Of a stretch of 64,000 nt of DNA, positions 54,348-64,000 are shown piece by piece; position 1 is the stretch's first letter; every line of letters begins with the position of its first letter. This DNA comes from Octopus vulgaris (lineage: Eukaryota), in contig OX597835.1 in NCBI GenBank assembly GCA_951406725.2, forward strand, positions 27,404,001 through 27,468,000. Reading direction: 5' to 3'. Under the pieces are notes generated by a model, which was given only the letters and a program-made list of their open reading frames with translations, ran no database searches and had not been told where the DNA came from. The position numbers and the translations under genes were made by a program.

Positions 54348-54505
54348 TTTATTTAAAGCAGCAGAAAATTCTACAAAACCTGTTACTCTGAGTTTCACGT
54401 TGCCATTCATCGGACAGTTTTTTCTAGCAAAAACTGTCCTATAAACGGCAACGTAAAACTCAGAGTAACAGGTTTTGTAGAATTTTCTGGTGCTTTAAAT
54501 AAAGC
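54346..54505. mobile_element. hammerhead-containing fold-back element in (TA)n
   Basis: about 75-bp inverted arms starting ctttatttaaagca; (TA)n on the left, unique tail then (TA)n on the right. Confidence 0.88.
54376..54421 (-). ncRNA. minimal type-I hammerhead ribozyme-like motif inside a fold-back element
   Basis: CUGU-CCGAUGA-AUG(GCAA)CGU-GAAAC-UCAGA-GUA/ACAG; GNRA-capped stem II; the mirror copy on + (54434-54471) has a mutated core. Confidence 0.72.
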
Positions 54506-54575
54506 ATATTACTCTACCACTGGTATTTGAGTACTCTTTTTTTGCACCTTGTTTCACATTTATGTGTTTACTCCG

Positions 54576-54609
<34 letters not shown>

Positions 54610-54711
54610 TATCTCCTTATCCTCTTGGAGATTAATTAATCACTTTATAATTAATAATCTTACCAAGTAGTTCGGTGCGTTAAAAGAACCTTTATCGGTA
54701 AACTTTACAAA

Positions 54712-54920
54712 AATTATTATAATCATAAACATAATTATAATTAAGGCTTAGCAAAATTGCTTCACCACATTCCGAAATTTAGAAATAGCAGTTAAATACT
54801 ATTCTTATTATATCTTATGGTAGTGGAATAATATTTAACTGCTATTTCTAAATTTTGGTATGCTTGTGAAGCAATTTTGCTAAGCCCTAATTATAATTAT
54901 GCTTATAATTATTATAATTT
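54712..54920. mobile_element. fold-back element
   Basis: arms cataattataatta..gcttagcaaaattgcttcac...aaatttagaaatagcagttaaata and reverse complement. Confidence 0.85.
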
Positions 54921-55043
54921 ATATATATATGATTATTATAATTTATATATATAATTTTTATTATTTTTTAAATTTTCCATACACCCATTTTTATTAAAAT
55001 TTACCTTCAATTTAGCATTCTGCCTTTTTATAATTTTTCCTCT

Positions 55044-55089
<46 letters not shown>

Positions 55090-55190
55090 TATAAATACAC
55101 AAGTATACATACACACATTTTGGAAGAAGCAACAATAGTAAAAACATCTTAATGTACACGGGTAAGTAAAGAGATAAAAAGAATAGGTAC

Positions 55191-55352
55191 CTCCCGTCAA
55201 GTAGATCCATGAGGGGTCTGAGAATCATATCGGATTCTCCTTGGATATTGCTTCTTTGGCTAGGCTGCGCTAGGGAGACCTGTCCAGTGCCTTTGACATT
55301 CGACAACAACTTCCCCAATTCCTGAATACTTTGCTGTATTTGTGGTTGCAAA
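55191..55352 (-). CDS. unc-13: unc-13 coding exon (MUN domain)
   Basis: tttcag|T...GGGAG|gtacct; 162 nt, phase 2 to 2; LQPQIQQSIQELGKLLSNVKGTGQ...DMILRPLMDLLDG(S). Confidence 0.95.
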
Positions 55353-55402
55353 CTGAAATATAAATAAAATTAAATATAAATATAAACATATATATATAAA
55401 CA

Positions 55403-55445
<43 letters not shown>

Positions 55446-56355
55446 GCTGAAAATATGCTGAATACAAATTTATATCATTTTTTTTCCTACACATGTTTCA
55501 CCATCATGACTATTTGAAACCTCTGCACTGGATGTTCTGAGTGCATTTGGATGCTTAACCAGAAAAAGATCATCAGGGAAGCACTTTATAATATTATGTT
55601 ACAAAGATCAAATGTCTGGATGATGATAATCCATGTAACACTCTGAACTCAAGAGTAGCATTTGTAATATCTAACTGTATACACAAAATATGGCTATTAC
55701 AGAAAGCTCCTCTTACAGAACCCAGCTATCAGTCCACATAATAGAAGGGTAATAATCCCCTTCGGTCATGAAAGACCAATGGATTGCACCTAGAAAGTCA
55801 TCTTCCAAGGTAGAAATTTGGGCAAGATTGTTTATGGAAGACCAACAGTCGCTCATGCATACCAGCCTCCCCTCTTCCATGCCACTGATGTTATCCAAGG
55901 GAAAAGCAAAGGCTGATACAGCTTGGCACCAGTGATGTTGCTTGGAACTAGTGATGTTGCAACTCATTTCTACAGGTGAGTAACTGGAGCAATGTGAAAT
56001 AAAGTGTCTTGCTCAAGAAAGCAACACACAGCCCCGTCTGGGAATCGAACTCACTATCTCAAGACTGTGAGCCTGACGCTCTAACCACTGAACCATAGGC
56101 CTTCGCAATCCACATAGTAAACAATTACAAAGCAGTGTAATTTAGAGTGTCCCTGTAACTGTGTTTGTGAGAGCATTTGTATGTGTGTGTGTTTGCATCC
56201 AGTGCTAAAAAGTACTGCTATCAAAACAGGCTGAACATTCCTGTTGGCTGCGCCAAATTGCCTCAGTCCAGCAGCTCTCCACTTTTGTTATATGTTTACA
56301 AACCAGCAAAACTTGAGTAAAAAAAGCAAGCGTAAGAAATGTTAACAGGATTTAC

Positions 56356-56444
56356 CTCTTTGCAAAAATTTGTGCTAATTCGTCCAGCACTCCATTGAGT
56401 TTCTGCTGGAGCTCTTTGAGAATGTCTGCTGCTTCTGTGTCCAA
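56356..56444 (-). CDS. unc-13: unc-13/Munc13 coding exon (MUN domain), first exon visible in the window
   Basis: gttgcag|TTG...AAGAG|gtaaat; 89 nt, phase 0 to 2; [29 protein letters not shown](S), a recognisable Munc13 MUN helix. Confidence 0.93.
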
Positions 56445-56599
56445 CTGCAACAAGGATAAAGCAAAACAACCGATGGAGCAATACTGACAGAACGAGAGAT
56501 GAAAATCTTATAAAGGGATTTTCGTAAACAAAATCAAAATACTCACGTAAGACATTAAATATTAAATGCCAATTTCAAAATTCTACATAAACATTCATT

Positions 56600-57130
56600 C
56601 ATTAAAACAACAATATTTGACAGAATTCTGCTTCAAGAAGGCCATATAATCTCTCATATTTTTTGGAATTTTCAGAAAATTTTAGTGAAGTTTGTATTCT
56701 ACACATAAGAGTGCACATGACTATGAAAAAAATTTTTTTAATTTTACAAGATTTTTAGAAAAATTTCACTTTTGGATTTTTCAAATTTAAAAAAAAAAAT
56801 CACAGTTTAAAATATGGACAGTCCGAATTTTTGGCTTAAATCCCAGTAAAGGATCATTAAATGTGTTTCTGGGAAGAAAGATACTGAAAAGCATCAATAT
56901 GTCAGACTGACAAACAAACAAGGAGGGTATGAGGTAGTTGTGAGATGTGCTAAAATGAATGGCTAAATAGCCCTTAAATTATGCATCAAGAAATTCTGGG
57001 GGTGGGCTTTTGCATAATTTCGAACACAAATTTGCAAAACTTTTCTGAAAATTCTAAAAAATAAAAAGAAGTTACCAGGGATAATATATGGCATGGTTAA
57101 AGCATAATTCCACCCAATATTTTACCGATT
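56600..57130. mobile_element. old inverted-repeat DNA element
   Basis: diverged inverted arms (gccatata...gaattttcagaaaa / ttttctgaaaattc...tatatggc). Confidence 0.5.
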
Positions 57131-57169
57131 TAAGAATTTCACTCTATCCCTTTGTTATTTGTGAAAATT

Positions 57170-57530
57170 ACCCTAGGTAATTGAACAGGGAGATGCTCCA
57201 GGTTGAGCCAATACTTTTCTGCATTCAGCAGTCACAGCTTTAGCATGAAAGGCAGATTTTTCAGGCAAGGACAGCCAGCAGAAAAATTTGGAGTAAGTGA
57301 CAAGGGAAATGGTTGGATAGTATTTGTAGCTTTGGTTGGATCTTGCTTGGAGATCTGGCCAGAACATTTGCTGATGATGACTTCTGATAGGGCCCTCTCA
57401 GGATATGTCTGAGGAATGTGTGCTTATGAGCCTTGTAGGAATTGTTGGATATGAAGATGGGTGGTCAGCTGGATGGAAGGATTTTGTCCATTTTAAATAA
57501 ACCTTTTGTGAAATTGTAAATTGGGCTAAG
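57170..57530 (-). pseudogene. decayed LINE reverse-transcriptase fragment
   Basis: SYKYYPTISLVTYSKFF resembles the NYRPISL...K motif of non-LTR RTs; stops and frameshifts present. Confidence 0.4.
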
Positions 57531-57622
57531 TTCATATGCTATGGCACAAGTTCACAAGTTGTCTTCCAACATACATATACATCTATCTATCTGTCTGCCT
57601 GTTCTGTATCTCTCTCTCTCTC

Positions 57623-57658
<36 letters not shown>

Positions 57659-57711
57659 ACACACAAACACACACACGCACATACACACACATCATCTCTT
57701 AATGTCCATTT

Positions 57712-57748
<37 letters not shown>

Positions 57749-57809
57749 TCATACATACACACTATACACAGACACCTAGAGGCATGCATATACATACATA
57801 CACAGGTCT

Positions 57810-58045
57810 ATGGGCAGCGAGCTAGTAGATTCATTAGCACACTGGGCGAAATGCTCAATGGTATTTCGTCTGCTGTTACATTCTGGGTTCAAATTTCACC
57901 GAGGTCGACTTTGCCTTTCATCCTTTCGGGGTTGATTAAATAAGTACCAGTTACGACTGGGGTTGATGTAATCGACTTAATCCGTTTGTCTCTCCTTGTT
58001 TATCCCTTCTGTGTTTAGCCCCTTGTGGGTAGTAAAGAAATAGGT
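57810..58045 (+). mobile_element. SINE family A, plus orientation
   Basis: head, core and tail, reverse complement of 3288-3520. Confidence 0.85.
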
Positions 58046-58788
58046 CAATGGGCAGTTCCAGTGTTGGGAATGAAATCAGCTTGTCAGAAGCTATTCCAAA
58101 GCCAGGCAGATAGGCTGAGCCTGTAATCCAAAGCTCCATCATGGTCACACACGGCATCAGACTGATTTAGTCCAAGAATTACATAAAGGTCACAAGACTC
58201 CTGCCACTTACAAATTAATTTCATGAGTAGGTACCACAAATGGTATTTATTCAAAAGTGTACCCAACTCAGTACGGATATCTCATTCTGAATGAATGTTG
58301 CTTTCAAATTGAAACAGCATGTCAAATATTTAATCGGATTAAATAAATGCATTGAATTGCATCCAATCTTTGATTACATTTTAACAGTCACAGATGTAGT
58401 TCTATGTCGCACAGAAGAAACATTAATCTTGCATGACGACAAAGTTTGATACTAAAAACTTTTAAATCTACAATAAGTAAGCATTCAATAGAATTTCTGC
58501 AATCAAGATTAATTACTATTTCGGTGCAATCAGGGCAAAGACAAAACAGTTGGCCGAAGTAGCAGAATACGAAGATGAAACATTTATGTTGTACAAGAAC
58601 AAATCCCGATTCTAAAAACTATCAAATCTACAATAAAAATGCTCCAGAGCAACCCACTCGTCATTGCATAAAAATCTCGCCATGACCATCACTCACAAGT
58701 GAACATCACTTGGTAGCATGTACCATGTTTTTACTAATTGTATTTGAGTATCTGTGTAGTTTTTATGAAGGCAAAGACACATTCTGGG

Positions 58789-59040
58789 CCAGCGGTTCTT
58801 GACCAGGGTCCACGTGACTCCTAGGGGAAGGGGTCCATATAAAATTTTATTGTTAAAATTTACGAGGAATAAATTGATTATATTTCTAAAAGACAAAAAA
58901 TATTTTATAAAATTCAATTCCTAATAGTATTTAATTATAAAAATATGAGATTTTTAAAAATATCAAATGGTTATGGGGTCCCATCCTAGTAAAACAGGAA
59001 TCGAAGGGGTTCTTAGGCAAAAGGGGGTTGCAAACCATTG
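58789..59040. mobile_element. hAT-like MITE remnant
   Basis: cagcggttcttgacc...ggttgcaaaccattg degenerate TIRs and repeated ggggtcc motifs. Confidence 0.5.
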
Positions 59041-60714
59041 TTCTAGGCCTTCCTACCCTTGGTTCAGTGGAACAATCCAATATGTAACAGTGAGAGGGAT
59101 AAACAGTTGCACTAGTAGTCAAATGGTGGCACTAATTTACAGCTAAATAGACTTGAGCAATGTGTAATGAAATGCCTTGCTCAATGATACAATGTGCTGC
59201 CTGGCACAGGAATTGAACACATGAACAGATGGTCATGAGCCTGACACAGTAGGCCACGCACTATCACAAGATTATATATATATATAATCAAAATAAGCAA
59301 CAAGGATATCCAAGGTAGTGTAGTACAATCGTTTCATGCTACTTCATTTTATTAAACAATGTATATATATATATATATATGTCTGTGTGTGTGTGTGTGT
59401 GTGTGTGTATGTACACATATTTATAGCTATGTAAACAGTTCCAAGTACATTGTGTGAAGTGATTGGTGTTAGGAAGTGTATCCCAGCTGCAGACACCATG
59501 CTAAAGCAGACACTGGCCCTTGCCATAGTCTTCTAGTTTGCTGGCTCCTGTTAAATTGTCCAACCTATGCCAGTAAAGAAATAGATGTTATGATGTGATG
59601 ATAACAAGATAAATGGTCACTACAGCTGTTTCAAACACATTATTTATTAATGAACAAATCAATTTCATCATGAAAAAATGTTTTCTTCCGGTGCATTAAA
59701 ATTTAAATCTAAAATTTAATATTTAAGATTTGGAACATAATATGTCGTTGCCAGTACTTCTTGACTGGTTCCTGTGCAGGTGGAACATAAAAAACACCAT
59801 TTGAGTGTGGCCGTTGCCAGTGTCGCCCGACTGGCTCTTGTGCTGTTGGCATGTAAAAGCACCCACTACACTCTCGGAGTGGTTGGCATTAGGAAGGGCA
59901 TCCAGCTGTAGAAACACTGCCTGATCAGATTGGAGCCTGGGGCAGCCATCTGGTTCACCAGTCCTCAGTCAAATCATCCAACTCATGCTAGCATGGAAAG
60001 CGGATGTTAAGCGATGATGATGATGATGATGATATATATATATATATATTGGTTTCAAATGTTGGCACAAGGCCTGAAATTTCAGGGGAGGGGGCAAGAT
60101 GATTACATTCAACCCCAGTACTCAACTGGTACTTATTTTATCGACCCTAAAAGGATGAAAGGCAAAGTTGACGAAGGTGGAATTTGAACTCAGAACATAA
60201 TGACAGAAGACATGCCCTGGCATTTTGCCTGGCATGCTAATGATCCTGTCATTAACTACAATTAGAGGAGAGAAAAAAAATAACTATGAGTGGGAAAAAG
60301 AAATTTCCTGCAGAAGTTAATCAATAAAAATAAACTGACCATAGAAATATTAAATGCCAATGTGAACTTTAGATCTACTTCCCCACTCCCCACCCAGCAC
60401 ACTGACATGAAAAGAATACATGAACAGAATTTAAATATTTATCTATGTTTTTCAAGTGAAGTTTTATTTGTAGTGAAATGACAGGCTCAGCTTATGCCAA
60501 ACCCTAAATGCAAACAGCAAAGATATACAAAACCAAACTCCAAATAAACTAGTGTTTGGTTTGTGTCAGCAAAAATTTTCCCAATGAAATTTGCAAGTTT
60601 GGATAAGTTTTTATGGCATGGAGAAGTAATTGGCCTAACGCTCTGCTTGAACTGTCAGTATCCTTGTTTGCCCTACATGTATTCTTTCCGAATCTATGAG
60701 ATTTTATTAAATGT

Positions 60715-61091
60715 ACTCTTTTACTTGTTTCAGTCATTTGACTGCAGCCATGCTGGAGCACCGCCTTTAGTCGAGCAAATCGACTCCAGGACTTATTCTT
60801 TCTAAGCCCAGTACTTATTCTATCGGTCTCTTTTGCCGAACAGTTAAGTTACGGGGACATAAACACACCAAGCGATGTTTGGGGGGGGGGGACACACATA
60901 CACACATACATATATATACATATATATGACAGGCTTCTTTCAGTTTCCATCTACCAAATCCACTCACAAGGCTTTGGTCGGCCCGAGGCTATAGTAGAAG
61001 ACATTTGCCCAAGATGCCACGCAGTGGGACTGAACCTGGAACCATGTGGTTGGTAAGCAAGCTACTTATCACACAGCCACTCCTGCACCTG
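60715..61091 (-). mobile_element. SINE family B
   Basis: full-length, little-diverged copy. Confidence 0.88.
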
Positions 61092-61258
61092 TAGATAACT
61101 TTGTTCTAAATAAATACTATGTTCAAGCAAGGAGGATCTATGAACAGGTACATTATACAGACCAGCCTCTTTTCTTTTAGCAAGAGTAATTAAAATTTTA
61201 AAATGATTGCCTCAGATTTATTAACCATTTGCCAGTCCAAAGCATTTTCACAAGTTTG

Positions 61259-61690
61259 GGATCTTTTCCGTTTGAACGGCAGTTTTTAACATAATTTTTA
61301 GGTAACTAAAAAATTTTAAACTTCGTATACTGGTAGAATGTGTTTATAAAACATCTTTTCTCTTGGCTTTATAGAGAAAATTCTATAGTTTGTAAGATAT
61401 TTGTTGTTTTTTTTCTTCAATTTCTGCAATTTCAACCAATCACTGACGTCTATTGAGTTAAAAAGCATTCTGTGCCGTATGAATATGTCCCTTGTTTAAG
61501 AAACAGATTGGGTTTATTTACATTTGTGAAGAAAAAAAAGATACCCTATCCCCACCCCTAACCCTTACACTAACTAACCCTAGCTGTAAAAGAGATTGAA
61601 ATGCAATATATCGATTCTAGGGTCATAATTATGGGTGACAATTTCATATGACACTGCTAGAAAAAACTGCCGTTCAAACCGAAAAGATCC
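61259..61690. mobile_element. shorter copy of the Merlin-like MITE
   Basis: TSD caagtttg at 61251-61258 and 61691-61698; TIR GGATCTTTTC(C/G)GTTTGAACGGCAGTTTT. Confidence 0.85.
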
Positions 61691-63429
61691 CAAGTTTGTC
61701 CTAAATGTCTCCCCTTGTTTTCAGACTTTTAAGTTAGCCCTTGTTTCATACATTCTGAAAGTTTTCTTTTCATAGGTTCAAAGTTACTCTGGTGATTGAA
61801 AAAAATTGGGGATGTATATCATATATAATGTAAGGACATTAGAGAAATACATCTGGTGGGTCACATACAACACACAAGACAGGCAAAGTGTTAATGTTAT
61901 TGTCATGAAACCCAAATTCTCTTACATGTACATAATCATTAATGAGCCAACTAGGTAACTTCTATGTGCTAGAAATACCAGTCAAAACTCACTCACATTC
62001 ATCATCATCATTTAACGTCCGCAGACTCCAGTCTGATCTGGCAGAGTTTCTACAGCTGGATGCCCTTCCTAATGCTAACCACTCCGAGAGTGTAGTGGGT
62101 GTTTTTACGTGCCACCGGCACATATATATGTATATTATACCCTACTATTTTAAAAGAGATGGGTATTGTTAGTAAATAGGGTTCTAAACAATGTTCCCTT
62201 TAAGCTCTGCACTTGTGCAAGAATGTACATGTTTTTCAACTAGTGCACAAAAATAAATGTGTGTGCACAAGCAGTGTTGGGTTAGCCATAAAGCAAAATA
62301 AGCATGTGCTAAGGGCACCAAGAGAAGGATGGGTGGTGGGGGTGGTGGGGGTGGCACAGAAATGGTAAATGGTTTACACCACAAAAGAAATTACTTGAAA
62401 CCTGTTGAAATAATTTTCAAAGTGGTTTATATGGTTGGAAATATAATTTTGAAGTCTTCATGGTGTCAAAGTGAGGATCTTGGTGGCGGCACATGGCCTA
62501 GTGGTTAGAGCAGCGGACTCGCAGTCAAAGGATCACTGGTTCGAATCTCAGACCGGGCGATTTGTGTGTTTATGAGCGAAACATCTAAGCTCCATGCGGC
62601 TCCGGCAGAAGGTAATGGCGAAACTTCTGCTGACTCTTTCACAACAACTTTCTCTTACTCTTTCCTCCTGCATCTTGCAGCTCACCTGCGATGGACCAGC
62701 GTCCCATCTAGGTGGGGAACCTATATGCCAAGGAAACCGGGAAACCGGCCCTTATGAGCCACGCATGGCTCAAGAAGGAACAAACAACAATGAAGTGAGG
62801 ATCTAATGGAGGACTTGGCAATAAAAAAAAAAGAGAAAACTTTTTAAATATAAATAAAGTGGAAGTATATTGTTAGTTTTGTTTCATTATGAAAAATAAA
62901 AATTGGTTTTATGGTTTATTATTGTTTATATTATGAATATATTATGAATTACACATATATGAAGACTCCAAAATCTTTTAAGTGTTTTGGGTCTGTTATG
63001 GGTGTTAATCTGGTCCTACATACAAGGTTTTCAAGATGAAGACAAATTTTCTTAGATTGAAGGTTTCTAGCATGGATGCACAGGTACTTTGAAAAGAAAG
63101 GTAAAATTTGGCAGACAAGCAAATTTCTGTGTAAGCCACAGCACAAAAAAAATATATATATATAAGGGGGATTATTAGCTCTAAAAACACTGTCTGAAAA
63201 TAAAATTGGATGGCCATGGCTGGACTGCCTTTGAACACAGGTTTGTTTAATCAGAGCTTATCCAGGAGCAATATCAATAACAAAAACAATAGCAATAACA
63301 GTCAGTTAAGCATGGAGCGTTTATATATTTCAAAATTAACTGGTCGGTAATTAACGAAGATAATTTCAATAAACCAACCAAGAAAATGAAAGTTCTTAAG
63401 AAGATATTGCTGACAAAGATAAATGAAGT

Positions 63430-63965
63430 TCAACCTTTTTGATACCAACGTGCCTGAGACCACCTCTGGCTCTGTGATTCAAGCTTGCAACTTTAATGTG
63501 ATCTAAATTAAAGCCTTCCAGCCAAGTTCCATGCTAATTTATGTTCTAAACACCAGCTCAATAATGGTAAGATTATTTTACTAAACTCTTCATTATTTTT
63601 GAAATTAATTGAAATGAAATGGAGTATTTCAATAGAGATATGGCAACAAAAGTGTATATGTGATCTAAATTAAAACCTTCTGGTAAAATTCTATGCTAAT
63701 TTATGTTCTGAAAAATACCATTTCAATGATGTCAAGGTTACTTTAGTAAATTCTTCATTAGCTTCAAAATTTATTGGAAGAGAGGCAGTGTATTTCCAGC
63801 AGAAATATGTTAATGAAAAATTTAAAGAGAACTAAATTAAAACCCGGCATCAAAATGTCTTGCTAATTCATGCTCTAAGCAGCAACTAAATATTGGCAAA
63901 ATTACTTTTCTAAATTTTTCGTTATTTTGAAAGTTAATCAAAACAAAGGCAGATTATTTCACCAA
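63430..63965. mobile_element. degenerate tandem copies of the piggyBac-like MITE body
   Basis: three diverged repeats of aattaaaacc...ctaatttatgttct...aaattcttcatt...aattgaaa. Confidence 0.55.
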
Positions 63966-64000
63966 AAATCATCATCATCACTGCCAACACTATCATCAAC

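Noticed and set aside
54660-54705. Hammerhead-like CCGAUAA-AGGU...ACC-GAAC on the minus strand (similar weak cases near 12370, 13395, 25740)
   Set aside because: Too many core mismatches to call without a family consensus.
56445-64000. Search for the next upstream unc-13 exon (expected ...LMNN.QQ.R.QLEK.F..MGG...)
   Set aside because: No matching sequence was seen; it probably lies beyond the window.

Overview
AT-rich eukaryotic genomic DNA packed with (TA)n/(CA)n/(GATA)n microsatellites, SINEs and MITEs. The repeat families look like those of an octopus or other coleoid cephalopod (inference). The only protein-coding gene I can support is the 3' part of an unc-13/Munc13 synaptic vesicle-priming gene on the minus strand. 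Ten GT-AG exons between 56444 and 29560 splice in frame (1338 nt, 445 aa plus TGA) and encode the C-terminal MUN region and the C2C domain; the upstream exons lie beyond the right edge. One 90-nt phase-0/0 exon looks like an extra cassette exon and has a hairpin just after its donor. A repeat-poor stretch below the stop codon may be a very long (up to about 16 kb) 3'UTR. The most striking unannotated signal is a set of minimal type-I hammerhead-ribozyme motifs: three with near-intact cores (30030-30081, 49468-49513, 54376-54421) and several decayed ones. They sit on short, often fold-back elements that are frequently wedged into (TA)n tracts, consistent with non-autonomous Penelope-like retroelement termini. 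Two are in the sense orientation of unc-13 introns. Almost all ORFs in the supplied track are microsatellite or SINE artefacts. Repeat coordinates are approximate.
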